In this document: positions 48,427-58,351 of the stretch, one piece after another
Layout: the number at the start of each line of letters is the position of its first letter
How positions within the stretch are numbered: position 1 is the stretch's first letter
Source: a virus
Direction: 5' to 3' (one strand)
Length of the DNA: 64,000 nt
Virus record (IMG/VR): IMGVR_UViG_3300030493_000012
Made by a program: the position numbers and the translations under genes
The notes under the pieces: generated by a model
What the model was told of the DNA's origin: nothing
The model's input: only the letters and a program-made list of their open reading frames with translations
Databases searched by the model: none

Positions 48427-49242
48427 TGAATCACGCTTATTGTGATAATGAATTTGCTTTACCGTTTCCTCTGGCAGACTAGCTTGATTTGCCGCTGAAT
48501 TACTGGTAAAACACCATCCGTTGTTTCGCACTTCTTGTACCGTTCCAATATGAGAAATTACCTCATATTCGCAACAGCGCAGCTTTTGATAACTATGGTC
48601 GGCAGGACAACTGCAAACGTTTTTCGGGTCTATTTTTACTAAAACCACCATAGAATCATTGTCGCCATATTGCATGATATAAATTTGACTTCCCGCATGA
48701 AATCCGACGTGACAGCCAACATTACTATCATCGCTTACTTCTGTACGTGGCATTTTAGCAACCGCGCCAATATCATGCTTGAAAGTTTTGCCGGTGAATT
48801 TATCCCACAAATCAGGATTAACAGCCTTCATCGCCAAAAAACAACCATCGTCAGTTACAGGGAACTTGTATCGCTCAATATAGCTCCAAAGTTGCTCGCG
48901 ACTCTTAAAAGAAGGATTCTCCATCAAATTATCCAAAAACCGACACAGCGGTTGAATATCAAAACCCTCGCGCTTAAACTCAATAATCTTGTCACACACA
49001 GCATTATTAATAGCCTTTCCTTTATACAAAACCTCTCCATCAACAATCTGAACATTAGTTCCTTGCATCTTGGTATTCAAGGATTTAGCTACGTTGACCA
49101 AATCATCAATAAGATGATAAGCCTTATCCTTAATGGCCTGTTTAATAGCCTTAAAATTAGGATGTGAATCATCCACGGTGAAAGGCTGGCTGTTAAAATA
49201 TCCAGCAATCCAGTTTTTACCAATTGTAAACGCATTATTCAT
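48406..49242 (-). CDS. rIIB: rIIB-like protein
   Basis: FLDNLMENPS...QLW...DGCFLAMKAV...MPR.EV.DD...C..G.HAG...KLRCCEYEV. Confidence 0.88.
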   Translation of the reverse strand: MNNAFTIGKNWIAGYFNSQPFTVDDSHPNFKAIKQAIKDKAYHLIDDLVNVAKSLNTKMQGTNVQIVDGEVLYKGKAINNAVCDKIIEFKREGFDIQPLCRFLDNLMENPSFKSREQLWSYIERYKFPVTDDGCFLAMKAVNPDLWDKFTGKTFKHDIGAVAKMPRTEVSDDSNVGCHVGFHAGSQIYIMQYGDNDSMVVLVKIDPKNVCSCPADHSYQKLRCCEYEVISHIGTVQEVRNNGWCFTSNSAANQASLPEETVKQIHYHNKRDSLGRFCA

Positions 49243-49512
49243 ATTTTTGTTTTTGTTGTTGTTTAACTATGTTTATTATTGACTAAATCTTGCTCGAAGT
49301 CAACTTCTTTTTGCAGAAATTTGAGACTTCTTTGGACAAATCACCATATTTGGCAATTAAAATCATTAGCTCGGAACTTGGGCACTTAGGACAAGTGTTA
49401 AGACCGCCTTCAAGAAAGTCCCAGCCATCCAAAAATGCTTCTTTTGTACTATTATAAGTGCCTGAAAATCCGCACATTGCACAATTTAAACTAAAATTTT
49501 TATCCATAAACA

Positions 49513-49977
49513 TTAAGAATACAAACCATAACCAAACTGCACATTCAATTCTTTGTTCCAATAACCATTAATAACAGGAATATCATCTTTAACAACTTTT
49601 AGTCTAATAGCCGGATTGGCAATTTGAACAAACCAAATCCACAATTTAATAAAGTCTTTTTCACCAATATAATTATCTTCGTTATTCTTGTTCCATCCAT
49701 GTTGCTTAAGGATTTCTAATGCTTTCATTGGAATTAGGCAATCCTCATATTCAGTACAAATATTAAAATCTTTGCTATCTTGGTAATCGCGTTTAATTCC
49801 TGTAAAATTCTCGTCACCGCCGTCATGATTAAAAGAAACACCTGTCATTTTGCAGCTATCCTTATATGCTTTCTGGACAACATCAACAGGCAAATTTGAT
49901 TCTAAAAGAATTTTGTCAGATTTACCATGACCGTCATTTGACCAGTCACCAAGAACTAGATACATTTTGTATTTCAT
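49513..49977 (-). CDS. Conserved phage hypothetical protein
   Basis: LGDWSNDGHG...C.EYED...FGYGLY. Confidence 0.7.
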   Translation of the reverse strand: MKYKMYLVLGDWSNDGHGKSDKILLESNLPVDVVQKAYKDSCKMTGVSFNHDGGDENFTGIKRDYQDSKDFNICTEYEDCLIPMKALEILKQHGWNKNNEDNYIGEKDFIKLWIWFVQIANPAIRLKVVKDDIPVINGYWNKELNVQFGYGLYS

Positions 49978-50258
49978 AATTTTGTAACTTCGCTAAATTT
50001 AGACTTTGCCTGCTCAAGTGTCAAGTACGAAAATCCAAAATCTCCCCAAGTCGAGGAACTAGGCATACACTCGGCGGCTTCAATTTTTGTTCCAGCTATC
50101 ATGTAATCTCCATGTTCCTGAACCTTAATTACTTCAAAACTTGTGTGCGAATCTTTGGTTTTGGAATAAATAGCCCAGCCATTTTTTCGGACTAATTGTT
50201 TGAAAGAATAACCTTTTTGGTCAGCGCGGCCATCAAAGTTTGTCTGTAGTATTTTCAT
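49974..50258 (-). CDS. Conserved phage hypothetical protein
   Basis: FEVIKV...E.MPSSSTWG..GFSY. Confidence 0.7.
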   Translation of the reverse strand: MKILQTNFDGRADQKGYSFKQLVRKNGWAIYSKTKDSHTSFEVIKVQEHGDYMIAGTKIEAAECMPSSSTWGDFGFSYLTLEQAKSKFSEVTKL

Positions 50259-50445
50259 TTCTGTTAATTACGATTTAGGCAGCGGAAAAAGCTGGCATTT
50301 ATATTTTTGTTCTTTGTCGTAAAAGTGAATCCGAAAAGTATCATTGTCAGGCAAAGTAACATCCACTAGTCTGCATCCCTCTTCTAGGTGCTTAAAAGCC
50401 AAGTCAATCAAGAATTTAGGACGTTTGGTGTATTTTTCAGCCATA

Positions 50446-50811
50446 CTATTCTACTTTCTTGATAAGTTTGACGGCATCACAAAAGATAGTCCCGCTAACT
50501 GCTTTATCTGCATAGCCTTTAACTGATTCTTTTCTATTTTTAGCGGCCCAAAAATCTTCAATGCAAGATACAAATGTGGCCATATATTTTGCTTTAGAAG
50601 GATTAACAACTTCGCACTCAAATATTTTGTCCCAATCTTTATAAGCGAAATCCTTGGCGGATTCAAGGTTATCGAAAACAAACAACTTCGAGTTTTTTAG
50701 TGTCGGATAGACAAATTCGCCAATTTTATACTTAATTGAAAATCCGTCCCATTCTGACGCTCTTGCAGAGTCCAGAAACTTATTAACTACTTTATAATAT
50801 TTTTCAGCCAT
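50446..50811 (-). CDS. YK-x-LFVF-x-ECE-x-FC family protein
   Basis: KYYKVV...SKLFVFDNLE...IFECEV...GTIFCDAVKL. Confidence 0.8.
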   Translation of the reverse strand: MAEKYYKVVNKFLDSARASEWDGFSIKYKIGEFVYPTLKNSKLFVFDNLESAKDFAYKDWDKIFECEVVNPSKAKYMATFVSCIEDFWAAKNRKESVKGYADKAVSGTIFCDAVKLIKKVE

Positions 50812-50812
50812 A

Positions 50813-51181
50813 CTAAATAATTTCTCTTGTTAGCTTGACTGCATCACAAAAAATAGTGCCTTCAATTGCTTGTTCCGCGACTCTCTTTAAAGACTTTTTC
50901 TTACTTTTCAAATCCCAAAATCTTTCTACATTTGTAAAAAATCCAGATATATACTTTGCCTTGACCGGATTAATAACTTCACACTCAAATATCTTTTCTG
51001 AATAATTGGCAAAACTTCGTGCTGCTTCCAGATTGTCAAAAACAAACAGTTTTGAATTTCTTTGTGTCGGATAAGCAAATTTGCCAATCTCATACTTGAC
51101 TGAAAAATAAAACTTTTCGGGCCAAAGTGACGCCCTTGCTGAGCATCGGCTTTGATTAGTAACTTTATAGTATTTTTGCAT
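50813..51181 (-). CDS. YK-x-LFVF-x-ECE-x-FC family protein (tandem duplicate)
   Basis: Highly similar to the adjacent copy; start refined to MQKYY. Confidence 0.8.
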   Translation of the reverse strand: MQKYYKVTNQSRCSARASLWPEKFYFSVKYEIGKFAYPTQRNSKLFVFDNLEAARSFANYSEKIFECEVINPVKAKYISGFFTNVERFWDLKSKKKSLKRVAEQAIEGTIFCDAVKLTREII

Positions 51182-51185
51182 ATAA

Positions 51186-51503
51186 TTAAACAATATTTAC
51201 ATTTTGAATCTGCCTTTTTCGTTGTCCCGTGACGCCATTAATAACTTCATCACTAGGCTTATTATGACCTTTTTGGTGCGCCAATGCAAGCGAAGATTGA
51301 TAAAAATATTTTTCTAGCATTTTAGGTGTTGTCCAGCAATAACATACAATTGGAAAGCCGCCAACATCTCGCGCCCAAGAGCAACCTTGATTTGTAGCTC
51401 CGAAGTTAAAAAACGAATAACTCTGATAAACCAACCTTTCAAAATTATCACCGCCAGCACCTAGTACGATTTTCTTGCCGATTTGTTGTTTTATTAGTTT
51501 CAT
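51186..51503 (-). CDS. Hypothetical protein
   Basis: ORF in dense array. Confidence 0.55.
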   Translation of the reverse strand: MKLIKQQIGKKIVLGAGGDNFERLVYQSYSFFNFGATNQGCSWARDVGGFPIVCYCWTTPKMLEKYFYQSSLALAHQKGHNKPSDEVINGVTGQRKRQIQNVNIV

Positions 51504-51515
51504 ATTTTATAAGAC

Positions 51516-51794
51516 CTATTCCGAATACTTTTCTGTGATTTCATGGCCCAAATGCTTGGTTATTGCTTGAATATCAGGAAATTGAAAAATAACCTCTTTT
51601 TTATTAGCGTCTCTAATAACCTTCAAAGACTCATGCAGAAACATTTCGCGCTCACCAGTTCCAAAAGAGGCATATTGTTTGCACCACTTAATCATACACA
51701 AATGACCATTTTCAAGCTCGCCCTTCCAGCTATGAACCGGGCCAAATTCAGGATGGTTTATTTCTTCTATCTTTGTAAGGCAAGTAATTTTCAT
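51516..51794 (-). CDS. Hypothetical protein
   Basis: ATGA overlap with upstream ORF. Confidence 0.6.
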   Translation of the reverse strand: MKITCLTKIEEINHPEFGPVHSWKGELENGHLCMIKWCKQYASFGTGEREMFLHESLKVIRDANKKEVIFQFPDIQAITKHLGHEITEKYSE

Positions 51795-51988
51795 GAATTA
51801 ACAGTAAAAGAAATAGCTCCAGACTCTTCATTATTCTTAACTTCTGGCTCTGCAACCGCTTGGCTATCAAACAGAACGCCATATTTTAGGCTAACCTCTA
51901 TAAGAGCATCTTCTTTGAACAAACTATTAAGGTCAGAAAGTTTGACCAGAACAGTTTTTGGTTTGTTTTTACTTCCGGCGATTCTCAT
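51791..51988 (-). CDS. Small hypothetical protein
   Basis: GSKNKP..V.VKL..LN. Confidence 0.55.
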   Translation of the reverse strand: MRIAGSKNKPKTVLVKLSDLNSLFKEDALIEVSLKYGVLFDSQAVAEPEVKNNEESGAISFTVNS

Positions 51989-52142
51989 ATTTTTTAAGCA
52001 ACACTAAACATTATAATTAACAATAAACAGCCAGCCAAACACAATGTCCACAAAGGCCAAGCCGCATATAGAAGAGCAATAGCTATTAGAAAAGCCATAA
52101 ATAACAAAGTTCCTGCGGCAAATTTTAGATATTCTTTTGTTT

Positions 52143-52334
52143 TCATTTGACAATACAGCCTTCAAAGCGGCGATATTTTCTGATTCTGAATTTGGAACCG
52201 GGATTCATTCCTTCGGCTGTCAATAAGAGATATTCGGCGTAGCGAATTGTTCTGGCGAACTCTCCCTGAGAATAATTCGGAAGTTTCCATCTTTTTTGAT
52301 TTTTATTGTATTCTTGTATAATATAAAATACCAT
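52143..52334 (-). CDS. Hypothetical protein
   Basis: TTGACT-N17-TAAACT-N6-ATG. Confidence 0.65.
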   Translation of the reverse strand: MVFYIIQEYNKNQKRWKLPNYSQGEFARTIRYAEYLLLTAEGMNPGSKFRIRKYRRFEGCIVK

Positions 52335-52343
52335 AGTTTTAGT

Positions 52344-53297
52344 TTAGACTTTCGGAACTAATGAGTCAATCAATTTCTGACCAAAATTCGTAATTTCCCG
52401 GCGACCGTCAATTTTGATAAGATTTTCTGACAATAAAAATTGCTCAATATCTTTTCGGACAGTAGAAACATCCAATCTAAGTTTTGCGCCAATGGCTGTA
52501 AGTGTTTGTGGCCCACGATTTTTGAGAAAACTTAAAAGTTCGATTTCATTACTTGTCAAACCTAAAGGCTTGATATTGAGAATACTTTTTAAATCAGACC
52601 ATTCTTTAGCTCCAAAACTATCTTTCTTATTTTGAGCGCAATACTGCTGAATATCCTTTGAGATTTTGACAATTTCTCGCGGAGATTGGCGGCTGATAGG
52701 AATAATTTCCTCAATAACATTATCCTGCAAATTAATAGTTTTAAGATGTTTAAGTAGAATATCGCCAAGGTCAGAAAATGAATAAGGTTCTAATTCAATT
52801 CTTTTAAGCCTAGACAACAAAGGTTTTGATAACTCTTCTGGGTTTGTGCTAACCATTATCAGTGAAAATTGCGTGAAATTAAATTCGAAAACCTCGCCGC
52901 CATGTGCGGCTGTAGTAGTATTATTTTCATTAGGCTGCAAAACAGAAAGCATCCAATCTTTAACTTCGGACTCACTTGAATGACACTCATCCCAAACCAA
53001 CGTAACCTGTTTACCATTAGCCACGTGCGGAATAATTATGTTATCTACTAAACCTTTAACCTTCTTAACTGACGCTCCATTAATTTCAATCCAAGGTTTT
53101 GTTTGTTTGGTGGTTGGGTCAATTAGATTTTTGGCAATAATTCGCGCCATCTCAGTTTTACCAGAGCCTCTTTGTGAAGTCAAAAGCAAAGGCGGCAAAA
53201 TACCATTTGTTCGCTGGCCTTCAATATAAAAATTTACGCCGCGACGAGTATTTGACTGGCCAATAAAACCTTGACCTAGATAGTCTGTTTGTGTCAT
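52344..53297 (-). CDS. RuvB-like AAA+ ATPase
   Basis: Walker A SQRGSGKT, Walker B WDE, sensor STN, LLSRL Arg finger, C-terminal winged helix. Confidence 0.8.
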   Translation of the reverse strand: MTQTDYLGQGFIGQSNTRRGVNFYIEGQRTNGILPPLLLTSQRGSGKTEMARIIAKNLIDPTTKQTKPWIEINGASVKKVKGLVDNIIIPHVANGKQVTLVWDECHSSESEVKDWMLSVLQPNENNTTTAAHGGEVFEFNFTQFSLIMVSTNPEELSKPLLSRLKRIELEPYSFSDLGDILLKHLKTINLQDNVIEEIIPISRQSPREIVKISKDIQQYCAQNKKDSFGAKEWSDLKSILNIKPLGLTSNEIELLSFLKNRGPQTLTAIGAKLRLDVSTVRKDIEQFLLSENLIKIDGRREITNFGQKLIDSLVPKV

Positions 53298-53332
53298 GTT
53301 TTAAGTCTAACTTTTCGGAACATACTTGTCAA

Positions 53333-53548
53333 CTAAAAACCAAAAATACCTAGGTCAACTTTAAAAATAAGACTAAAAAGAACTGAAAACAAACAATATG
53401 CCACAAAAAGAAACAGTGCCTGAGAAAAACACCAAAAGAAACATTTAGTTACACAACCAATATCCTCTTCAATAATTTGTCCAGATGTGCCGACCATCGC
53501 AAAAGCGACGGCCAAAATAAGTAGTACGAAAATAATAATAAAAGCCAT
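53333..53548 (-). CDS. Small two-TM membrane protein
   Basis: Two hydrophobic segments. Confidence 0.6.
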   Translation of the reverse strand: MAFIIIFVLLILAVAFAMVGTSGQIIEEDIGCVTKCFFWCFSQALFLFVAYCLFSVLFSLIFKVDLGIFGF

Positions 53549-53552
53549 AAAT

Positions 53553-54014
53553 TTAACTCCAATAACTACTCAAATACCAACTTGGGCCAGATTCAAATTT
53601 TAGATTATATTGAGCGCAAAAGTCAAGGAGTTTTTGCTTGTCTGACTCTTTAACGTTCAAAGATTCTGGCTCAATTTCTAAAGGATAACCTCGGCTGCAT
53701 GAAATAAACGTGCTTTTTACCGCCAAAATATACATAGGACAATCGCCGCTACAATAGTTTACAAGTTCAAAAATAAGGGGATTCTTTTCCTTCCACTCTC
53801 TTTTTTGCTGGCAGTACCATTTGAAAGTTTCTTCATCGGGTCTAATTCCATTAATATATTCGCCGTTTTCGTCATAAATTTCAGCAATCGGAATGAATGG
53901 CTTAATCTCCTTATAGTACCATTCTTCAACGCCATCAAATCTTCCCCAAGGAAATTCGTAACCATCTTCAAACACAACACCGTAACAAATTTGACCATCA
54001 GTTGAGACGCTCAT
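53553..54014 (-). CDS. Conserved phage hypothetical protein
   Basis: STDGQICYGV...W.LSSYW. Confidence 0.7.
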   Translation of the reverse strand: MSVSTDGQICYGVVFEDGYEFPWGRFDGVEEWYYKEIKPFIPIAEIYDENGEYINGIRPDEETFKWYCQQKREWKEKNPLIFELVNYCSGDCPMYILAVKSTFISCSRGYPLEIEPESLNVKESDKQKLLDFCAQYNLKFESGPSWYLSSYWS

Positions 54015-54207
54015 AATTTTAGTTTTTTATTAGATTATTTAATTCAAATTTCAAAGCCTCAAAGTCTTCTTTTTCAAAATCGTTATATGTAAATTCGCCG
54101 CCAACATGTTTAATTTCTAGTTCTTTTTTGTTTTTGTAATGAATAAGTCCGCAAATCTTGTCAACAAACCAAATGTCGCCATAAATAGTTAGAGTTTTCA
54201 TCTTTTG

Positions 54208-54474
54208 TTAATCTAGGTCGCCGTTGGCTTCGATTTTGCCATTTTCGTAACTTTCTGCCTTGCGCCTATAAAATTCCAATTTAACATTTTCAAGGATTCC
54301 AACTATATCATTGATTGTCTGGTAATTTTTGTCTATCCTAAAAAGCTCCCAAAGCATGGACGAAATCAAATAATTTAATTCGCCAGCAGTTGGCCGTTTG
54401 GTCTTAAGAACTTCTTGAAATTCATCAAGCGTTTTTTCGTACAAAACTCGGCTTTTAGAATCAATGTAAGGCAT
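54208..54474 (-). CDS. DUF6899-like phage protein
   Basis: MPYI...GELNY...Y..IN...G.LE.VKLEFYRR...YE..KI..NGD. Confidence 0.8.
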   Translation of the reverse strand: MPYIDSKSRVLYEKTLDEFQEVLKTKRPTAGELNYLISSMLWELFRIDKNYQTINDIVGILENVKLEFYRRKAESYENGKIEANGDLD

Positions 54475-54484
54475 ATTGTTGTAT

Positions 54485-54745
54485 TTAAAGGTTTGAGACA
54501 GAACCGCTTACTTCATTTTTTGGTCTCAGAATTTCCATAATTTTATCAAAAGGAACAGTTACGCGCACAGCTTTAACTGATTCAAATTCGCCGCACTTAT
54601 TGTATTCTTCTAGTTGTTTTTCTAGCCATTCAGGATTGTCATCAAAGCCAAATTCATCATAGGCATCTAAAGTTTCAGGTGCATATTCACCATCATATTT
54701 TTCTTTGCGTTGAGCGATGATTGCAATTATGGTATAAGTGTTCAT
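54485..54745 (-). CDS. Conserved phage hypothetical protein
   Basis: QRKE.Y.GEYAPE.L...DE. Confidence 0.65.
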   Translation of the reverse strand: MNTYTIIAIIAQRKEKYDGEYAPETLDAYDEFGFDDNPEWLEKQLEEYNKCGEFESVKAVRVTVPFDKIMEILRPKNEVSGSVSNL

Positions 54746-54750
54746 TGTTT

Positions 54751-54966
54751 TTACTTGATTTGAATAGCTTTTTTGTTCAAAACTTCTAAATTAGAATCTT
54801 TGTCCGAAAAGGGAATGTAATTAGTTTCTACCTTGGTAACAACTGCTTTTGTCACCGCTGGAAAACCTACCATATTCGCGGCCAAAGATATAGCGTCTCT
54901 AGGCCCAAACTGTGTTTCTATGTCAACTTCAATAAAGAGTCTTGTTTTGTAGAATGGTTTGTTCAT
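54751..54966 (-). CDS. Hypothetical protein
   Basis: TTGACT-N17-TATCCT-N6-ATG. Confidence 0.65.
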   Translation of the reverse strand: MNKPFYKTRLFIEVDIETQFGPRDAISLAANMVGFPAVTKAVVTKVETNYIPFSDKDSNLEVLNKKAIQIK

Positions 54967-55237
54967 AATTTAAGGATAAACTTTCGGAACTCGAAAGTCA
55001 AGGCTTTCTTCTGGTCGCTGGTGATTTTGATTTAACCATATTGTTTTTCCGGTTTTCAAGGAATGTTTTGGTGACGCTATGACTTCGTGTTTTGGATTTA
55101 CTATTAATAATCTCTAAACCAACAGATTTTGCTGAGTCAGAGAGTTTAGAGACCAATTTTTTTTGATTGACAGCGGTTTCTTGCGACATCAATCCTAAAA
55201 TAGCCGCATCCTTTGGTGTTATCCAAGCGGTTTCCAT

Positions 55238-56293
55238 TTATTGTTTATAATTCTGATTAATAACTTTAACCGACCATTCTTTCTGTAATTTATCTGAATA
55301 AAAAGGCTCGACGCTTCTGATAACAATTCCTTCGCCTGCCGCGCCATTTGGATATTTTACATTATTCGCAATTTGTTGGAAATACTCAACATTATGAATT
55401 TCTGGATTAAAATCCTCAATACCAATAACATCAACCATTTTTAGGCCAATCTTATTACAGAATTCAACCATAGCATCCAAACCTAAATACTTTCGAGTAT
55501 CAATATTGAAAATATTAAAAATATGAAATTCCGTGTCTGTTAGTCCAAGCCTGTTACCGTTGAACTTGACACCCGTAGTTTCACCTTGAATAATCCAGTT
55601 GCCGCCATAATTAGTCATTTTGTTTTTAATATCAAACTTATCAGATACCAACCAAGGATAGCCATTACCTTCCTTCATTGACAGAGAGCGAGAGCAAGCC
55701 TGAAAATCTCCATTATTGTAAACAAAACTTGTGCTACTCCCGTCCCGCTTAATACTTAGATAGATTTTTTTACCAATTAGCTCGTCCAAAACACCTTTTC
55801 GGCAAGATAGTAAGTTAGTTTCATCGGTTTTTCGGAAGCCAATAGCCGTTGGCAAACCGCCCCGCGCTTCACCTTGTAGTTTAATATCTAATGGCTTTTC
55901 ATAATAAGCGGTTTTGGTAATTTCAGTTATATCGTCACCAATATTAAAACTCTCTGGATTTTGACCATAAAACTCTAAAACAGAGGTAGGCACAACCAAA
56001 CCTTGACTATAAACACCGCGCAATCTTGCTGTCCAAACTTTGAATTTGCGTGGCTCTAAAAATGCAAAAGCCGGGTTTTCCTTGTCAACAATACTATCAA
56101 TGCAAATATAGACAACCTTCTCGTCTATCTTAAATTCATCTTTTTTAACAACACATTTCCAAGAATTTTCATTTAATGAAGCCAAAACTATTTTGTCGGC
56201 ATCAGGTATTGGCTCTAAGCCTTTGATAGTACAAATGGTGGCCAAATTTTTAGGCCAAGGTTCTGTTTTAATGCTTATATCGGTAATATTCAT
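55238..56293 (-). CDS. RNA ligase, DRB0094 family
   Basis: OB-like N-terminus PIPDADKI...RLRGVYSQGL; KRDGSS (motif I), CSR, QGE, FNIF, EGIV, KVI. Confidence 0.88.
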   Translation of the reverse strand: MNITDISIKTEPWPKNLATICTIKGLEPIPDADKIVLASLNENSWKCVVKKDEFKIDEKVVYICIDSIVDKENPAFAFLEPRKFKVWTARLRGVYSQGLVVPTSVLEFYGQNPESFNIGDDITEITKTAYYEKPLDIKLQGEARGGLPTAIGFRKTDETNLLSCRKGVLDELIGKKIYLSIKRDGSSTSFVYNNGDFQACSRSLSMKEGNGYPWLVSDKFDIKNKMTNYGGNWIIQGETTGVKFNGNRLGLTDTEFHIFNIFNIDTRKYLGLDAMVEFCNKIGLKMVDVIGIEDFNPEIHNVEYFQQIANNVKYPNGAAGEGIVIRSVEPFYSDKLQKEWSVKVINQNYKQ

Positions 56294-56324
56294 GGTTCAA
56301 GAATAGGTTTTTATGCTCAAAATG

Positions 56325-56852
56325 TCAATACTCAATTAGCCTACCATTACAATCATATTCTTGTAATATTTGTTTGGCTTTTTGAATCTCTTTTTGCTTC
56401 TTTTTCTCTCTTTTTTCTTGTTCGATTTTGTTTAGCTGCCTTTTCCGAATATCAATTTGTTTTTGTAAAGCCTCTGGTACTTGACAGGATACCATCAGCC
56501 GATTATTGCGTTTCTCATTTCCGACAATTTCATCAATAATAGAAATCTTTACCTTTCCTTCTTTAACGTCAGCAATAGAAATCGGAACGCATTGAGTATA
56601 AACATTGAAATAATAATAGGTATCAGCCACAACAACCTCTTCTGTCTTTTGTGGAATCTCGGATTTGAGAATAAAGCCCCAGTGTTCAGCTATTTTCTTA
56701 AAAATCTTGTTGTCTCGGAGCTTACCAATAAATTCATGAGCTACAGATTCAATCTGACTTTCTGACATTTTTTCGTCAATATCAAAAACATCAATTTTTA
56801 CCTCACCGTCTTCGTAATTACTTCCGTCACAATATGCATCAATAATTTTCAT
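56325..56852 (-). CDS. Hypothetical protein with coiled-coil C-terminus
   Basis: TGA inside the next -35 box. Confidence 0.65.
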   Translation of the reverse strand: MKIIDAYCDGSNYEDGEVKIDVFDIDEKMSESQIESVAHEFIGKLRDNKIFKKIAEHWGFILKSEIPQKTEEVVVADTYYYFNVYTQCVPISIADVKEGKVKISIIDEIVGNEKRNNRLMVSCQVPEALQKQIDIRKRQLNKIEQEKREKKKQKEIQKAKQILQEYDCNGRLIEY

Positions 56853-57068
56853 AATTAATAAATATCTTCAATAAAATTCCATTCAATTAACTGCAAATGA
56901 CCAATCTTGCCAATCAAAACTCCTTTTTCTACAATTTCCTGAACAGGATGTTCTTGCCTTATGTCTCGTCCTAATTTTTGTGCTAATGTACTATTTTGAG
57001 AATTAAAACAAATAACGACTCTTAAATTTGAATGAGGATAACCAAGTTGTTCTGCTTTGTTGATTAGT

Positions 57069-57392
57069 TTATTCATTATAACCATTTTCGTTATAATCCC
57101 ACTCAACACAAGGAAATTTTCGGCCTAAACCATCTGTAACTTCAATCCAATTTTCAGGCTTTTCTGCCTCTGGACTATTTCTATCAATTCCGTCTTTTAG
57201 CTCTTCGTTACAAGAACAACCGCGAGGCACACAATCATCGCAACAAAATCTATCTGATTCTTCCATTCCAGATGGCACAAAACACCAAATTGCCATTTTG
57301 CCACATTTGCAAAGCTTGTTCATTTTCTTAATATTCAAACTTAGAGCACCGAATATATAGAGGAATAAAGCCAAGCAAGAACCAACCTTCAT
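57069..57392 (-). CDS. Cys-rich hypothetical protein (true start probably MNKLCK)
   Basis: CKCGK...CDDCVPRGCSC...GRKFPCVEW. Confidence 0.65.
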   Translation of the reverse strand: MKVGSCLALFLYIFGALSLNIKKMNKLCKCGKMAIWCFVPSGMEESDRFCCDDCVPRGCSCNEELKDGIDRNSPEAEKPENWIEVTDGLGRKFPCVEWDYNENGYNE

Positions 57393-57886
57393 AGATTCTT
57401 GTTTCTTCTACCCTATCGCAACGGCGATTAAGTTTTTCGACCTTCCAGATTTTCTTAATTATCATAGTTTATCCTGAATTGATTTTAGACCAATCGCTCA
57501 AATCAAACAAGCTTTTTCCTTCAAAATCGGTTGTGGCTCTGACACTTTTGTTAGCCCAAAGAGTCAAGGCTTTATTTGCGGCATTAATTTGTTTTTTGTT
57601 CTCCAAAGAAAAATTGTAACTAATATTAGCCGCCAAATTTTCCAAACAAACTTCATGTTTGACAAAATCAACTGCTTTAAGACAAATCTGGTCTTTCTTG
57701 AAAAAGTCCAGCCATGCAATTAGAGTCCAAATTTCTTCAATATTCTTCATTATTAAATCCCTCTCTTCGCCGCCGTTTATCAACTTTTCTGTCTAAATTT
57801 CTTTTAGTTGTGCGGCTGATTTTGTTCTGCATGTGCCTGCCCCAGCCACCTTTAATAAAAGCATCTTTCTTATGTCCTGCCATATT

Positions 57887-58351
57887 TTATTGATTAATAA
57901 ACTCCAAAAGATACACAAAATCTTCTTTGGTCAACGATTGCAACGCACACAACATAAACAGATTTTCATTTGTTGGTGATTCATTGTAGATTTTATCAAT
58001 ATCTCGCATAATATTGTAATACTGTTTTTCTGGTTGTCCTTTGTTTATTGCGTCGGCAACCTTTCTCACAAAAGAATACCAAATATTGACGCCAAAATCA
58101 ATATTAATCATTTTCCAAAGCATCGTGGCAAGAGGCGAGTCCATTCCTTTTCTAAAAAAAGTATGGATTCCTTGTGAAATTTCGCACTCTTTCTCTGTAA
58201 GGTTTTCCTGTTTTGTCAAGGAATTAAGATATTCCTGCAAATCACTGACCGCGCCAGAAACTTTTGATTTCACACTATGCTCCTGTGAGGAAGCTATCGC
58301 ATATCCAAGTTTTTCAATCGCAGAACCAATATTAAGTTGTTTTTCGTCCAT
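57887..58351 (-). CDS. Hypothetical protein
   Basis: TTGACT-N17-TAATCT-N6-ATG. Confidence 0.7.
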   Translation of the reverse strand: MDEKQLNIGSAIEKLGYAIASSQEHSVKSKVSGAVSDLQEYLNSLTKQENLTEKECEISQGIHTFFRKGMDSPLATMLWKMINIDFGVNIWYSFVRKVADAINKGQPEKQYYNIMRDIDKIYNESPTNENLFMLCALQSLTKEDFVYLLEFINQ

